DNA of 64,000 nucleotides from Mobula hypostoma (Eukaryota). Below the pieces are notes generated by a model. The model was not told the origin of the DNA. It saw nothing but the letters and a program-made list of their open reading frames with translations, and ran no database searches. Made by a program: the position numbers and the translations under genes. The stretch is taken from positions 153,700,001 through 153,764,000 of the forward strand of contig NC_086097.1 of the NCBI RefSeq assembly GCF_963921235.1, read 5' to 3'. Every line of letters starts with the position of its first letter. Position 1 is the stretch's first letter. Shown piece after piece: positions 11,500-23,267 of the stretch.

Positions 11500-12900
11500 T
11501 AGAATAGACTTAAACCAATTTCTGTTGTATAAAATGAATTTAGTGCGTGGGAGTGATTTAGCAATCAGTCAGTACAAGGCTGGCTGCAGTGAGAACTTAT
11601 GAGACTCTGCTAATGCCAGAACACCACCCATCCTGAGAATAAGTTAAAAAAATGTGATCAATATTTCCTTCAATATCACATTTTCTCTTTACCACAATAT
11701 TAGCCTTTTCAATGTTGATGTGTTGAAGTGTACATCTGAACCTGAGTCACTATCTCTCCCATCTATTTCTGCATCTTCTTCCAACTTCAATTCCCATTTG
11801 TTCGGCAGAGATATCACAAGCATATGCCCTGGAATTATATTTCTAAGCAATACACATTGACAAATTCCCTGCATGCTTTCAAAAACCTGGTCAAAGACTG
11901 CCATCTCAATTTTATAAATAACTTACTTGTTTATTTCCACTTTTGTGTGTGGTTCCTCCTTGCAAAGCAGCTTGGAATGTTTCTTAAGCTAAAGACTATA
12001 ATAGAAATCTGAAATGTTGACAATGATAGAACATCTGTGATCTTCATTTCTCTGGTCACCCCTACTAGACTAACAAGTTATTGCATCCATTCTAAGTGCA
12101 ACAACAACTCCACCAAAAGCAACAATACAGAGGCATCTTCCAGCCATTTAATGTACCTTTATCCTTGGCATTTTCAAGAAGACTGTCAACCATTGGGCAA
12201 AGTTAAAGGAACTTCTGATAATTTCTTCTTTGCAATTATAAGATCTCAAGGAACATCATGCCCAGAACACCACACCCACAATCTTTTCTGTGTACTTTAT
12301 GATAAAAGTGAATCAAATGCCTAAATGGAATTAATTCTAAGTACTGAATGCCTGCGGCAACACAAAATGGAGTGGCATTGCATCAAATGCCGAGTGTTTT
12401 TTTCTGATCATTGGTCTGGTTTGATGATGAAAGATCTCAATTGACAGATTCATTTGAAAGAAGCAAACTTAAAATAAATTATTTTGACTCTTTATTCATG
12501 CATTAAAAGTAATCAACACTCCACAAGTCTAACTTCAAACACTCACTTTCATATTTCACCAAAGCATCTCAAGTTTCATTTCCAGCACTGATGTGAAGTG
12601 ACTGCCAGCACCGAAATGAACAGATACTGAATATTTCTGACCATCCAGGATCTTCAAACATACCTCAAATTCGATGGCAGCTCTGTGTTGTCAAAGATCA
12701 TCAGGGCAGTCCAGGGAGCCTCAAGTCTACTCTGAGTATGAATTTACCACACAATCCTTGTGCACAAAGAATCTTTTTGGCTAACTCTCCATATTTGAAA
12801 AAGATTAATGTAGACACTCCAGTGCTATGAATAGCAGGTTCAGGAAATGAGTTGAATCTAGGATTTTCCAGCTCATTGGAATGCCAGTTCTGTTTTGCAT
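11500..12900 (-). mobile_element. Probable decayed hAT transposase relic
   Basis: Minus-strand remnants in the expected order: a C-x-R-I...HT-like motif (~12760), ST*N*F resembling TRWNS (~12340), and SRVS*VLTAASLVLTD resembling the SERxFSxAG dimerisation motif (~11590). Many stops. Confidence 0.4.
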
Positions 12901-13129
12901 ATCTATACAAGGGACAAATTTAATTAATTTCATGTTTACTTATCTAATTGCAGGTACTTCTGCACGTTGTCAGCTTTGGTAGAAGTCACTAACATACAGT
13001 GCTTAGAGAGACCTGCTTCTGTTTTTACACTGAGGATTCCATTTATTGGATTGTGGGGTATTTAATTGTGCTAACTGGGATAAACCCAGAGCATATCTAG
13101 CAACTCAAAGTTTGACTGTGGTCCAGTAT

Positions 13130-15875
13130 GAAACATAGAAACATAGAAACATAGAAACATAGAAAATAGGTGCAGGAGTAGGCCATTCGGCCCTTCGAGC
13201 CTGCACCGCCATTTATTATGATCATGGCTGATCATCCAACTCAGAACCCAGCCTTCCCTCCATACCCCCTGACCCCTGTAGCCACAAGGGCCATATCTAA
13301 CTTCCTTTTAAACATAGCTAATGAACTGGCCTCAACAGTTTGCTGTGGCAGAGAATTCCACAGATTCACCACTCTCTGTGTGAAGAAGTTTTTCCTAACC
13401 TCGGTCCTAAAAGGCTTCCCCTCTATCCTCAAACTGTGACCCCTCGTTCTAGACCTCCCCAACATCGGGAACAATCTTCCTGCATCTAGCCTGTCCAATC
13501 CCTTTAGGATCTTATACGTTTCAATCAGATCCCCCCTCAATCTTCTAAATTCCAACGAGTACAAGCCCAGTTCATCCAGTCTTTCTTCATATGAAAGACC
13601 TGCCATCCCAGGAATCAATCTGGTGAACCTTCTTTGTACTCCCTCTATGGCAAAGATGTCTTTCCTCAGATTAGGGGACCAAAACTGCACACAATACTCC
13701 AGGTGTGGTCTCACCAAGGCCTTGTACAACTGCAGTAGTACCTCCCTGCTCCTGTACTCGAATCCTCTCGCTATAAATGCCAGCATACCGTTCGCCTTTT
13801 TCACCGCCTGCTGTACCTGCATGCCCACTTTCAATGACTGGTGTATAATGACACCCAGGTCTCGTTGCACCTCCCCTTTTCCTAATCGGCCACCATTCAG
13901 ATAATAATCTGTTTTCCTATTTTTGCCACCAAAGTGGATAACTTCACATTTATCCACATTAAATTGCATCTGCCATGAGTTTGCCCACTCACCCAACCTA
14001 TCCAAGTCACCCTGCATCCTCTTAGCATCCTCCTCACTGCTAACACTGCCACCCAGCTTCGTGTCATCCGCAAACTTGGAGATGCTGCATTTAATTCCCT
14101 CATCCAAGTCATTAATATATATTGTAAACAACTGGGGTCCCAGCACTGAGCCTTGCGGTACCCCACTAGTCACCGCCTGCCATTCTGAAAAGGTCCCGTT
14201 TATTCCCACTCTTTGCTTCCTGTCTGCTAACCAATTCTCCACCCACACCAATACCTTACCCCCAATACCGTGTGCTTTAAGTTTGCACACTAATCTCCTA
14301 TGTGGGACCTTGTCAAAAGCCTTTTGAAAATCCAAATATACCACATCCACTGGTTCTCCCCTATCCACTCTACTAGTTACATCCTCAAAAAATTCTATGA
14401 GATTCGTCAGACATGATTTTCCTTTCACAAATCCATGCTGACTTTGTCCGATCATTTCACCGCTTTCCAAATGTGCTGTTATCACATCCTTGATAACTGA
14501 CTCCAGCAGTTTCCCCACCACCGACGTTAGGCTAACCGGCCTATAATTCCCCGGTTTCTCTCTCCCTCCTTTTTTAAAAAGTGGGGTTACATTAGCCACC
14601 CTCCAATCCTCAGGAACTAGTCCAGAATCTAACGAGTTTTGAAAAATTATCACTAATGCATCCACTATTTCTTGGGCCACTTCCTTAAGCACTCTGGGAT
14701 GCAGACCATCTGGCCCTGGGGATTTATCTGCCTTCAATCCCTTCAATTTACCTAACACCACTTCCCTACTAACATGTATTTCGCTCAGTTCCTCCATCTC
14801 ACTGGACCCTCTGTCCCTTACTATTTCTGGAAGATTATTTATGTCCTCCTTAGTGAAGACAGAACCAAAGTAATTATTCAATTGGTCTGCCATGTCCTTG
14901 CTCCCCATAATCAATTCACCTGTTTCTGTTTGCAGGGGACCTACATTTGTCTTTATCAGTCTTTTCCTTTTTACATATCTATAAAAGCTTTTACAGTCCG
15001 TTTTTATGTTCTCTGCCAGTTTTCTCTCATAATCTTTTTTCCCCTTCCTAATTAAGCCCTTTGTCCTCCTCTGCTGAACTCTGAATTTCTCCCAGTCCTC
15101 AGGTGAGCCACTTTCTCTGGCTAATTTGTATGCTACTTCTTTGGAATTGATGCTATCCCTAATTTCTCTTGTCAGCCACGGGTGCACTACCTTCCTTGAT
15201 TTATTCTTTTGCCAAACTGGGATGAACAATTGTTGTAGTTCATCCATGCAACCTTTAAATGCCTGCCATTGCATATCCACCGTCAATCCTTGAAGTGTCA
15301 TTTGCCAGTCTATCTTAGCTAATTCATGTCTCATACCTTCAAAGTTACCCCTCTTTAAGTTCAGAACCTTTGTTTCTGAATTAACTACGTCACTCTCCAT
15401 GTTAATGAAGAATTCCACCATATTATGGTCACTCTTACCCAAGGGGCCTCTCACGACAAGATCGCTAATTAACCCTTCCTCATTGCTCAAAACCCAGTCC
15501 AGAATAGCCTGCTCTCTAGTCGGTTCCTCGACATGTTGGTTCAAAAAACCATCCCGCATACATTCCAAGAAATCCTCTTCCTCAGCACCTTTACCAATTT
15601 GGTTCACCCAGTCTACATGTAGATTGAAGTCACCCATTATAACTGCTGTTCCTTTATTGCACACATTTCTAATTTCCTGTTTAATACCATCTCCGACCTC
15701 ACTACTACTGTTAGGTGGCCTGTACACAACTCCCACCAGCGTCTTCTGCCCCTTAGTGTTACGCAGCTCTACCCATATCGATTCCACATCTTCCCGGCTT
15801 ATGTCCTTCCTTTCTATTGCGTTAATCTCTTTTTTAACCAGCAACGCCACCCCACCTCCCCTTCCTTCGTGTCTA
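13130..15875 (-). mobile_element. Young 5'-truncated CR1 LINE
   Basis: (GAAACATA)n tail at ~13130-13165, a 3' UTR, and an uninterrupted ORF2. Confidence 0.97.
13241..15875 (-). CDS. CR1 ORF2: partial APE endonuclease plus complete reverse transcriptase
   Basis: GGGVALLV, GVVYRPP, MGDFN and SDH endonuclease motifs; [39 protein letters not shown] and FADD RT motifs. The first ~16 codons of the track ORF are flanking DNA. Confidence 0.93.
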
Positions 15876-16261
15876 TAAGGTGGTGAACAGTTAAATAGCT
15901 GAATGGGGCAAGTCAATTCCACAAATGAGTCATCCTCATCAATAGCAAAATCTAACCTCTGCTTGAAAAAGACAAGGCTGGAAAATTCACAATCACTCAG
16001 CCAGCGGTATCAAGCATATAATCTATCTCAATCCCCTCCAAAGTTTCCCACCTCCACAAAAAACAATCTACAAACAATATGAGCACTGGCAGAAGCAAAG
16101 ACAAAGGGATCAGACAACATTCCAGCTGCATTACTGAAGAATTGAATTCTGAAATAATTATGCCCTCAGCCAAATTTATCCAACAGTTATACTAGCATTT
16201 AAACTGCAAGGTGAAATGGAGATACCGTTTACAAAATAGCATTACACACCCCAGAATTTCC

Positions 16262-17362
16262 TATTCTGGTATCTGTCCCCCACTTTTCCTTCGCTACATC
16301 GACAACTGCATTGGCGCTGCTTCCTGCACACATGCAGAACTCGCTGACTTTATTAACTTTGCCTCCAACTTTCACCCTGCCCTCAAGTTTACCTGGTCCA
16401 TTTCCAACACCTCCCTCCCCTTTCTAGATCTTTCTGTCTCTGTCTCTGGAGACAGCTTATCCACTGATGTCTACGATAAGCCTACTGACTCTCACAGCTA
16501 TCTGGACTATTCCTCTTCTCACCCTGTCTCTTGCAAAAACGCCATCCCCTTCTTGCAATTCCTCCGTCTCCGCCGCATCTGCTCTCAGCATGAGGCTTTT
16601 CATTCTAGGACGAGGGAGATGTCTTCCTTTTTTAAAGAAAGGGGCTTCCCTTCCTCCACTATCAACTCTGCTCTTAAACACATCTCCCCCATTTCACGTA
16701 CATCTGCTCTCACTCCATCCTCCCGCCACCCCACTAGGAATAGGGTTCCCCTGGTCCTTACCTACCACCCCACCAGCCTCCGGGTCCAACATATTATTCT
16801 CCATAACTTCCGCCACCTCCAACGGGATCCCACCACTCAGCACATCTTTCCCTCCCCCCCTCTCTCTGCATTCCGCAGGGATCGCTCCCTACACAACTCC
16901 CTTGTCCATTCGTCCCCCCCATCCCTCCCCATTGATCTCCCTCCTGGCACTTATCTGTGTAAGCGGAACAAGTGCTACACATGCCCTTACACTTCCTCCC
17001 TTACCACCATTCAGGGTCCCAAACAGTCCTTCCAGGTGAGGCGACACTTCACCTGTGAGTCGACTGGGGTGATATACTGCGTCCGGTGCTCCCGATGTGG
17101 CCTTTTATATATTGGCGAGACCCAACGCAGACTGGGAGACCGCTTTGCTGAACATCTACGCTCTGTCCGCCAGAGAAAGCTGGATCTCCCAATGGCCACA
17201 CATTTTAATTCCACATCCCATTCCCATTCTGACATGTCTATCCACGGCCTCCTCTACTGTAAAGATGAAGCCACACTCAGGTTGGAGGAACAACACCTTA
17301 TATTCCATCTGAGTAGCCTCCAACCTGATGGCATGAACATCGACTTCTCTAACTTCCGCTAA
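16262..17362 (+). CDS. Penelope RT C-terminus/thumb plus GIY-YIG endonuclease (N-truncated)
   Basis: FLRYIDN (YxDD site altered), LPFLDL, KPTDSHSYL, a CxxxxCxxC linker, and GVIYCVRCSRCGLLYIGETQRRLGDRFAEH ... EQHLI ... GMN. Confidence 0.92.
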   Translation, partial: YSGICPPLFLRYIDNCIGAASCTHAELADFINFASNFHPALKFTWSISNTSLPFLDLSVSVSGDSLSTDVYDKPTDSHSYLDYSSSHPVSCKNAIPFLQFLRLRRICSQHEAFHSRTREMSSFFKERGFPSSTINSALKHISPISRTSALTPSSRHPTRNRVPLVLTYHPTSLRVQHIILHNFRHLQRDPTTQHIFPSPPLSAFRRDRSLHNSLVHSSPPSLPIDLPPGTYLCKRNKCYTCPYTSSLTTIQGPKQSFQVRRHFTCESTGVIYCVRCSRCGLLYIGETQRRLGDRFAEHLRSVRQRKLDLPMATHFNSTSHSHSDMSIHGLLYCKDEATLRLEEQHLIFHLSSLQPDGMNIDFSNFR

Positions 17363-17661
17363 GGCCCCACCTCCCCCTCGTACCCCATCTGTTACTTATT
17401 TTTATGCACACATTCTTTCTCTCACTCTCCTTTTTCTCCCTCTGTCCCTCTGAATATACCTCTTGCCCATCCTCTGGGTCCCCCCCCACCTCCTTGTCTT
17501 TCTTCCCGGACCTCCTGTCCCATGATCCTCTCATATCCCTTTTGCCAATCACCTGTCCAGCTCTTGGCTCCATCCCCCCCCCCCCCCTGTCTTCTCCTAT
17601 CATTTTGCATCTCCCCCTCCCCCTCCAACTTTCAAATCCCTTACTCACTCTTCCTTCAGTT

Positions 17662-17697
17662 AGTCCTGACGAAGGGTCTCGGCCTGAAACGTCGACT
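17662..17697 (+). ncRNA. Minimal type I hammerhead ribozyme motif in the Penelope terminal repeat
   Basis: AGTC-CTGACGA-AGG(GTCTCGG)CCT-GAAAC-GTC-GACT; predicted cleavage after 17693. Confidence 0.82.
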
Positions 17698-18037
17698 GCA
17701 CCTCTTGCTACAGATGCTGCCTGGCCTGCTGCGTTCACCAGCAACTTTGATGTCTGTTGTGTGACACACCCCAATATGGCTCAAAATTAAAAAGAAAGCT
17801 GCAGATACTGGAATCTGAAATAATAACAGAAAATCCTGGGAAAAGCATAGTAAACAGGCAGCATCTATAGAAAGATGAATTATAAAAAGAGTGTACCAGA
17901 GGGTGTCTTCTCCCAGATCATCGGCAAAACAGTTAAATTCTTCCTAATTCCAATGTCTCTATATTCCTTTTCAGGGTGGCTGGGGTCCTATCGGGATCTT
18001 TGATCTAATGCGGCACTCAAAACTGTGGTTCTGCACA

Positions 18038-18124
18038 GCACACACAAAATGCTGGAGGAACTCAGCAGGCCAGGCATCATCTATGGAAAAGAGTACAGTC
18101 GATGTTTTGGGCCGAGACCCTTCA
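18038..18124 (-). mobile_element. Half copy of the Penelope-derived short element
   Basis: CACACAAAATGCTGGAGGAACTCAGCAGGCC...CAGTCGATGTTTTGGGCCGAGACCCTTCA, ending inside the hammerhead-like segment. Confidence 0.8.
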
Positions 18125-18129
18125 GTAGT

Positions 18130-21100
18130 TGTCCCAGCAGATTGACCCACCGGTGTATGCTTACTTAAAGGAGGTCGTATGCCGACACAAGCACACAATC
18201 CAGAAGCAGCAGAAAACCATTGGCCACCTGTCCACCACTCTCGTCCGACAGTCCACCTTGGTGCCATAACTCCATGCCAGCCAACGTCTCCCTCTCAGAC
18301 TCAAATGCTTCGACAGATTTCCAGCTTGATGCCGCTACTTCTTCCCCCAGTGTGTCTTCTACTTCGAGCTCCAGCCATCTCTATATTCAGCAGACCAGGT
18401 CAAGGTTGCCTTCCTCATCTCTCTCTTCACTGGGTGAGCTCTGGCCTGGGCCACCAGTAACTGGGGCAATAAAGTCACCGCTGAGATGCGCTGGGTTTTT
18501 GACCATCCAGGAAGTGGAAGGGAGACAGTCGATCTGATAATTAGCCTGCACCAAGGTCCACACTCCGTGCTAGATCACGGGCCTTCGGGAACCTCAAGGT
18601 GGAGTGCAGATGGGATGCAGGAGCACCGCTGGCCCAATATGATCATGTCCTCTTAAAGATGAGCTGTCTACCCACCAACCTTGAAAGCCTCATCACTCTG
18701 GCTCTCTGTTTTAACAAGCTTCCTATGGAATTTCCCTTCAGGTCATCAGCCAGTTCGATTCTCAGAACCTCCTCACCTACACCTGCAGAACCCAGGCAGT
18801 TGTGGAGAGCTTCCTTACTTTAACCCACCCACCTCCCCACCCCCCCACCCCACCACCACCAGGAGCACGAGCATCAGTGGAGAAACAAATTGTGTGCCTA
18901 CTGCAGAGCATCAACTACGAACACATCAAATGCCCACTGAGTCCAGAAAATGGTGCTTCCAGGTCGAGACAAAGAGTCTCCTATCTGACAAGATCTGCCC
19001 TGCCCCTCATTGCAGCCCCACAGCCCATCTCACTCTCTTTATCTCCCTCCATACACTGACAGTTCTACAAGCACAGGGGGCTCTGGTGGATTCCGACACA
19101 ACAGACAATTTTCTGAATCGGAGTTTGTGTGCGCAGCTTGGACTCCCTACTGAACCTACCTCTCACACATTCAACATCACAGCCATTGACAGACGTCCCC
19201 TGGGTCTGGGACAATCAGAGTGTGCACTCAGCCTGTGCACTCGAGCATCCAAAAGCACTGCGAGTCCATCCAATTCTTCCTCACCCAACACTCCTCTCAT
19301 CCTGGATTACTGCTTGCTCTCCACTTACAACCCTCTCTTCACCTGGTCATCTGATGCACTGCTAAGTTGGGGAGGGACCCACCTGCCTGTAAAATCAATT
19401 GACTTTGCCCCATAAATCCATCATGACGGAGGAAACGCTCAACCTCATCAAACTCCCACAGGAATATCACAACTTAGCAATCACCTTCAATAAAAGGAAA
19501 GCCAGCACTCTGGTCACAGACCACACAACTGTGCCATCAACCTCGTCTTGGGCAGCACCCCTCCCCAAGGCCATTTGTCCTCCCTCTCTCCTCCTGAGAC
19601 CCAACCCATGAATGACTAAATCGCCAAAGTGCTACAGCATGACTTCATTCACTCAGCCCAGTCCCCAGCTGGTGCAAGGTTCTTCTTTTTCGAAAAGAAA
19701 GATTGGTGTCTTCATCCCTGCACTGACTACCGTGGAGTCAACAAAAGAACCATTAGGAACTATTACCCTCTCCTGTTGATGGATAGCACTTTCAAACACT
19801 CTATGGGCCAGGTCTTCACCAAACTGGATCTATAGATTGCGCACAATCTGATCTGCATCCACCAGGAGTTTGAGTGGAAGATGGCATTCATAATGCCCAC
19901 TAGCCACTACAGGTACTTGGTGATGCCTTTCGGACTTTCCACAGTCCAGCCATTTCCCAAGACTTCATTAATGAGATCCTGCAAGACATGCTACACAGTT
20001 AAGTTTCCTTCTACCTCGATGATATTGTCACCTCTCCAAAAACCCCCACAACAACATTTATCTTATTCATTCATTTCTCTGGTGTCTCCTTGAAAAACAA
20101 ATCTATGGCAAGTTAGAGAAATGCAAGATCCAGCCTCCCAGTCATTTCCTTCCTAGGTTACATTCTTTCACTGGAAGGCATAATCATTGACCCAGAGAAA
20201 GTGCACGCCATCATTGAATGGCCCTGACTGTGCACTCTCAAACAGCTACAGCGCTTTATGGGCTTCTCCAACTTCGACTCCTGTTTCGTCAGAAGTTACA
20301 GCCAAATCGCCACTCCTCTCACCTCTCTCACCAAGTCACCTACCACACAGATAACCAGGTTTGCTGCCCTGGACCATGTTTTCGAGGATCTCAAGAGACG
20401 CTTTACCACTACTCCCATACTCCACCATCTGAATCCCTCCAGACATTTGTGATAGAGCTGGATGCATCTGACGTGGGTGCTGGGGCCATTCTCTCCCAGT
20501 GAGAAAGGGTCTGGAGGACACACCTATGTGCCTTCTTCTCACACATTCAACCTTACAAAGTGCCATTATGGAGTAAGAGACAGAGAGCTACTCAGTATTA
20601 AATGGTTTTAGAGAAATAAAGGCATTGGCTGACGGGAAACACCAAGCCCATCTTGAACTGAACCTGAATCTGATATCCAAACAATACACCTGGCTTCTCA
20701 ATTCACACCAGAATCACTCGTTCCTCTTCTTCAAGCGATTCAATTTCACCACCTCCTAGTGACTCAGCTCCAGGTACCCTAAGGTGGACACCCTGTCCTG
20801 ACAGTTCAACCCAGATGAAATGAGATCGACCCTCAGCCGATCATTCCACCCTCACTGATCCTTGTCCCAATTGTCTGGGAGGGACCTTTAGAATGAGATC
20901 CGTCAGGCCTTACAGCACAAGCTTGCTCTAGCCACCGTGTATACGTGCACTGAGGCAATCCTGTGGGCCCAATCTTCGCCCCTCTCCGGCCATCCGGGTG
21001 CACGACTGACTCTGGACTTTCTGCGACACTGGTTCTGGTCGCAGATGTACGTTATTTCATCCCTTCCTGCCATCAATGTGCCCAGTCCAATCCCTCCGAT

Positions 21101-21566
21101 CAGTGCCACTCTGGGCTAGCAATCCCTGTTGTTCCCCGTGGAGGAGCCCTGGTTCACTGCTGCCGGAATGCATGGAAGAAAGCCATTCTCCCTGCAAACT
21201 ATGCCTACTGCCACCAGGCCAACTGTCAGTGGCACCCACCCAGACTACTCCATCCTGTAGACTGTGTCTGGCTGCCTGCCTGAGACATCTGCCCCTTTGT
21301 TCTGACTCCTGCAAGCTTTTGCCCAGACTTTATTCCCTCAAGGTCACCCATGGTCTCAATCCTGTCACTTACTGTCCCCAGGTGCTACTGTCAGTCAGGA
21401 TCACGCCTACCTCAAGCCCATTGGCCAAGGACCACTCAACCCACCTACCTGAGCCTGCATCTCTGGAACCTAGGATAGTGGAACGTTGTCAAGTGTAACA
21501 GTTTGCCCATTCTGGATTCACATCATGTGCACAACGTGTGTAGTACCTGGACAATTGGGAAGGATA
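18130..21566 (+). mobile_element. Decayed Ty3/Gypsy chromovirus (Sushi-like) internal region
   Basis: Protease ALVDSDTTDNF; RT SPAGARFFFFEKKD...CTDYRGVNK, FTKLDL, YLVMPFGL; RNase H ELDASDVGAGAILSQ; integrase GHPG and CHQC; chromodomain YLDNWEGY (~21544-21567). Many frameshifts. Confidence 0.9.
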
Positions 21567-22710
21567 CCATAAGACCATAAGACATAGGAACAGAATTAGG
21601 CCATCTGGCCCATGGAGTCTGTTCTGCCATTCAATCATGGCCGATCCTTTTTTTCTCTCTCCTCCTCAACCCCAGTTCATGGCCTTTTCCCTGTAACCTT
21701 TGATGCCATGTCCAATCAAGAACCTATCAATCTCTGCCTTAAATACACCCTGTTACCTGGCTTCCACAGCTGCACCTGGCAACAAATGCCACAAATTCAC
21801 CATCCTTTGGCTAAAGAAATTTCTTTGCATCTCTGTTTTGAAAGGGTGTCCCTCTATCCTGAGGCTGTGCCCTCTTGTCCTAGACTCTCCCACCATGGGA
21901 AACATCCTTTCCACACCTACTCTGTCAACGTTTGAAAGATTTCAATGAGATCCCTCCCCATCCTTCTGAATTCCAGCGAGTACAGAACCAGAGCCATCAA
22001 ACGTTCCTTGTACGATAACCCTTTCATTCCAGGAATCATCCTTGTGAACCTCCTCTGGACCCTCTCAGATAAGGAGGCCCAAAACAGTACACAATAATCA
22101 AGGTAAAGCCTCACCAGTGCCTTATAAAGCCTCAGCATCACATCCTTGCTGTTGTATTTTAGACCTGTTGAAATGAATGCTAACATAGCATTTGCCTTCC
22201 TCCCTCACCACCGACTCGACCTACAAGTTAACCTTTAGGGTGTTCTGCACAAGGGCTCTCGAGTCCCTTTGCATCTCAGCTTTTTGGATTTTCTCCCCGT
22301 TTAGAAAATAGTTTGCACGTTTATTTAAACTTGCCAACAAAGCCATCTATTCCATTATCTAAATCATTTATATACAGCAGAAAAAGCAGTGGTCCCAACA
22401 CCGACCCCTGTGGAAAACCACTAGTCACTGGCAGCCAACCAGAAAAGGATCCTTTTATTCCCACTCACTGCCTCCAACCAATCAGCCAATGCTCTAATCA
22501 TATCAGTAACTTTCCTGTAATACCACAGGCTCTTAACTTGGTAAGCAGCCTCATGTGTGACACCTTGTCAAAGGCTTTCTGAAAATCTAAATTTACAACA
22601 TCCACTACATCCCCCTTTTCTATCCTACTTGTAATCTCCTCTAAGAATTCCAATAGGTTCATCAAGCAGGATTTTCCCTGAAGGAAACCATACTTACTTT
22701 GTCCTATATG
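21566..22710 (-). mobile_element. CR1 LINE fragment with internal deletions
   Basis: (ACCATAAG)n tail; minus-strand KDVMLRLYKALVRL..., G.PQGSVLGP and DFQKAFDKV motifs. Confidence 0.9.
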
Positions 22711-22879
22711 GCCCAGAGGTGAGTTCTTGGCTGCCGTCCAGTTTCACCTTGAATCCATCACTCATCGAGGAGTTCCATTGGACTCATCTGTATTTTCCTG
22801 AGCCATTGGGAACCAGCCGTAGGAGGGGAGGGGATACAGCCAGGCCTGCAGAAGTAAGAAGGTTCCAGAGCACTCCCTC

Positions 22880-23265
22880 AGGAAAGCAGCATCCATCATC
22901 AACAGCCCTCACCATCCAGGCTATGCCGTCTTCTCAGGTTCAGCAATAGTTATTACCCCTTAAACATCAGGCTCTTGAACCAGAGGGGATAACTTCACTC
23001 AACTTACTGGTCCCATCACTGAATTGTTCTTACTGAACTTGAATCACTTTCAAGGACTCTTCATCTCATGTTCTCAATATTTATTGCTTATTTATGTAAT
23101 ATTCTGAGTGATTCTTGTCTCTTTCTTTTTGTATTGCTCGCTTTTTTCACATTTGTTGTTGTCCAGTCTGTTGGGTGTGGTATTTCATTGATCCTGTTGT
23201 GTTTCTTGTATTTCCTGCTGCCTGGAGAAAGAAAGGTATCTCAGTGTTGTACATGGTGACATATA
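22880..23265 (+). mobile_element. Rex1/Babar-type LINE 3' fragment
   Basis: AGGAAAGCAGCATCCATCATCAA (RKAASII), NSYYP..IRLLN and a 3' UTR shared with 29965-30420. Confidence 0.75.
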
Positions 23266-23267
23266 TA

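Larger units (their letters stand above)
16254..17763 (+). mobile_element. 5'-truncated Penelope-like element with 3' terminal repeat
   Basis: RT C-terminus plus GIY-YIG ORF, then a ~400-bp pyrimidine-rich terminal repeat. Candidate 10-bp TSD ACACACCCCA (16244-16253, 17764-17773). Confidence 0.95.

Noticed and set aside
13623..15878. Plus-strand ORFs of 93-159 aa over the CR1
   Set aside because: They are antisense shadows of CR1 ORF2 with no independent motifs.
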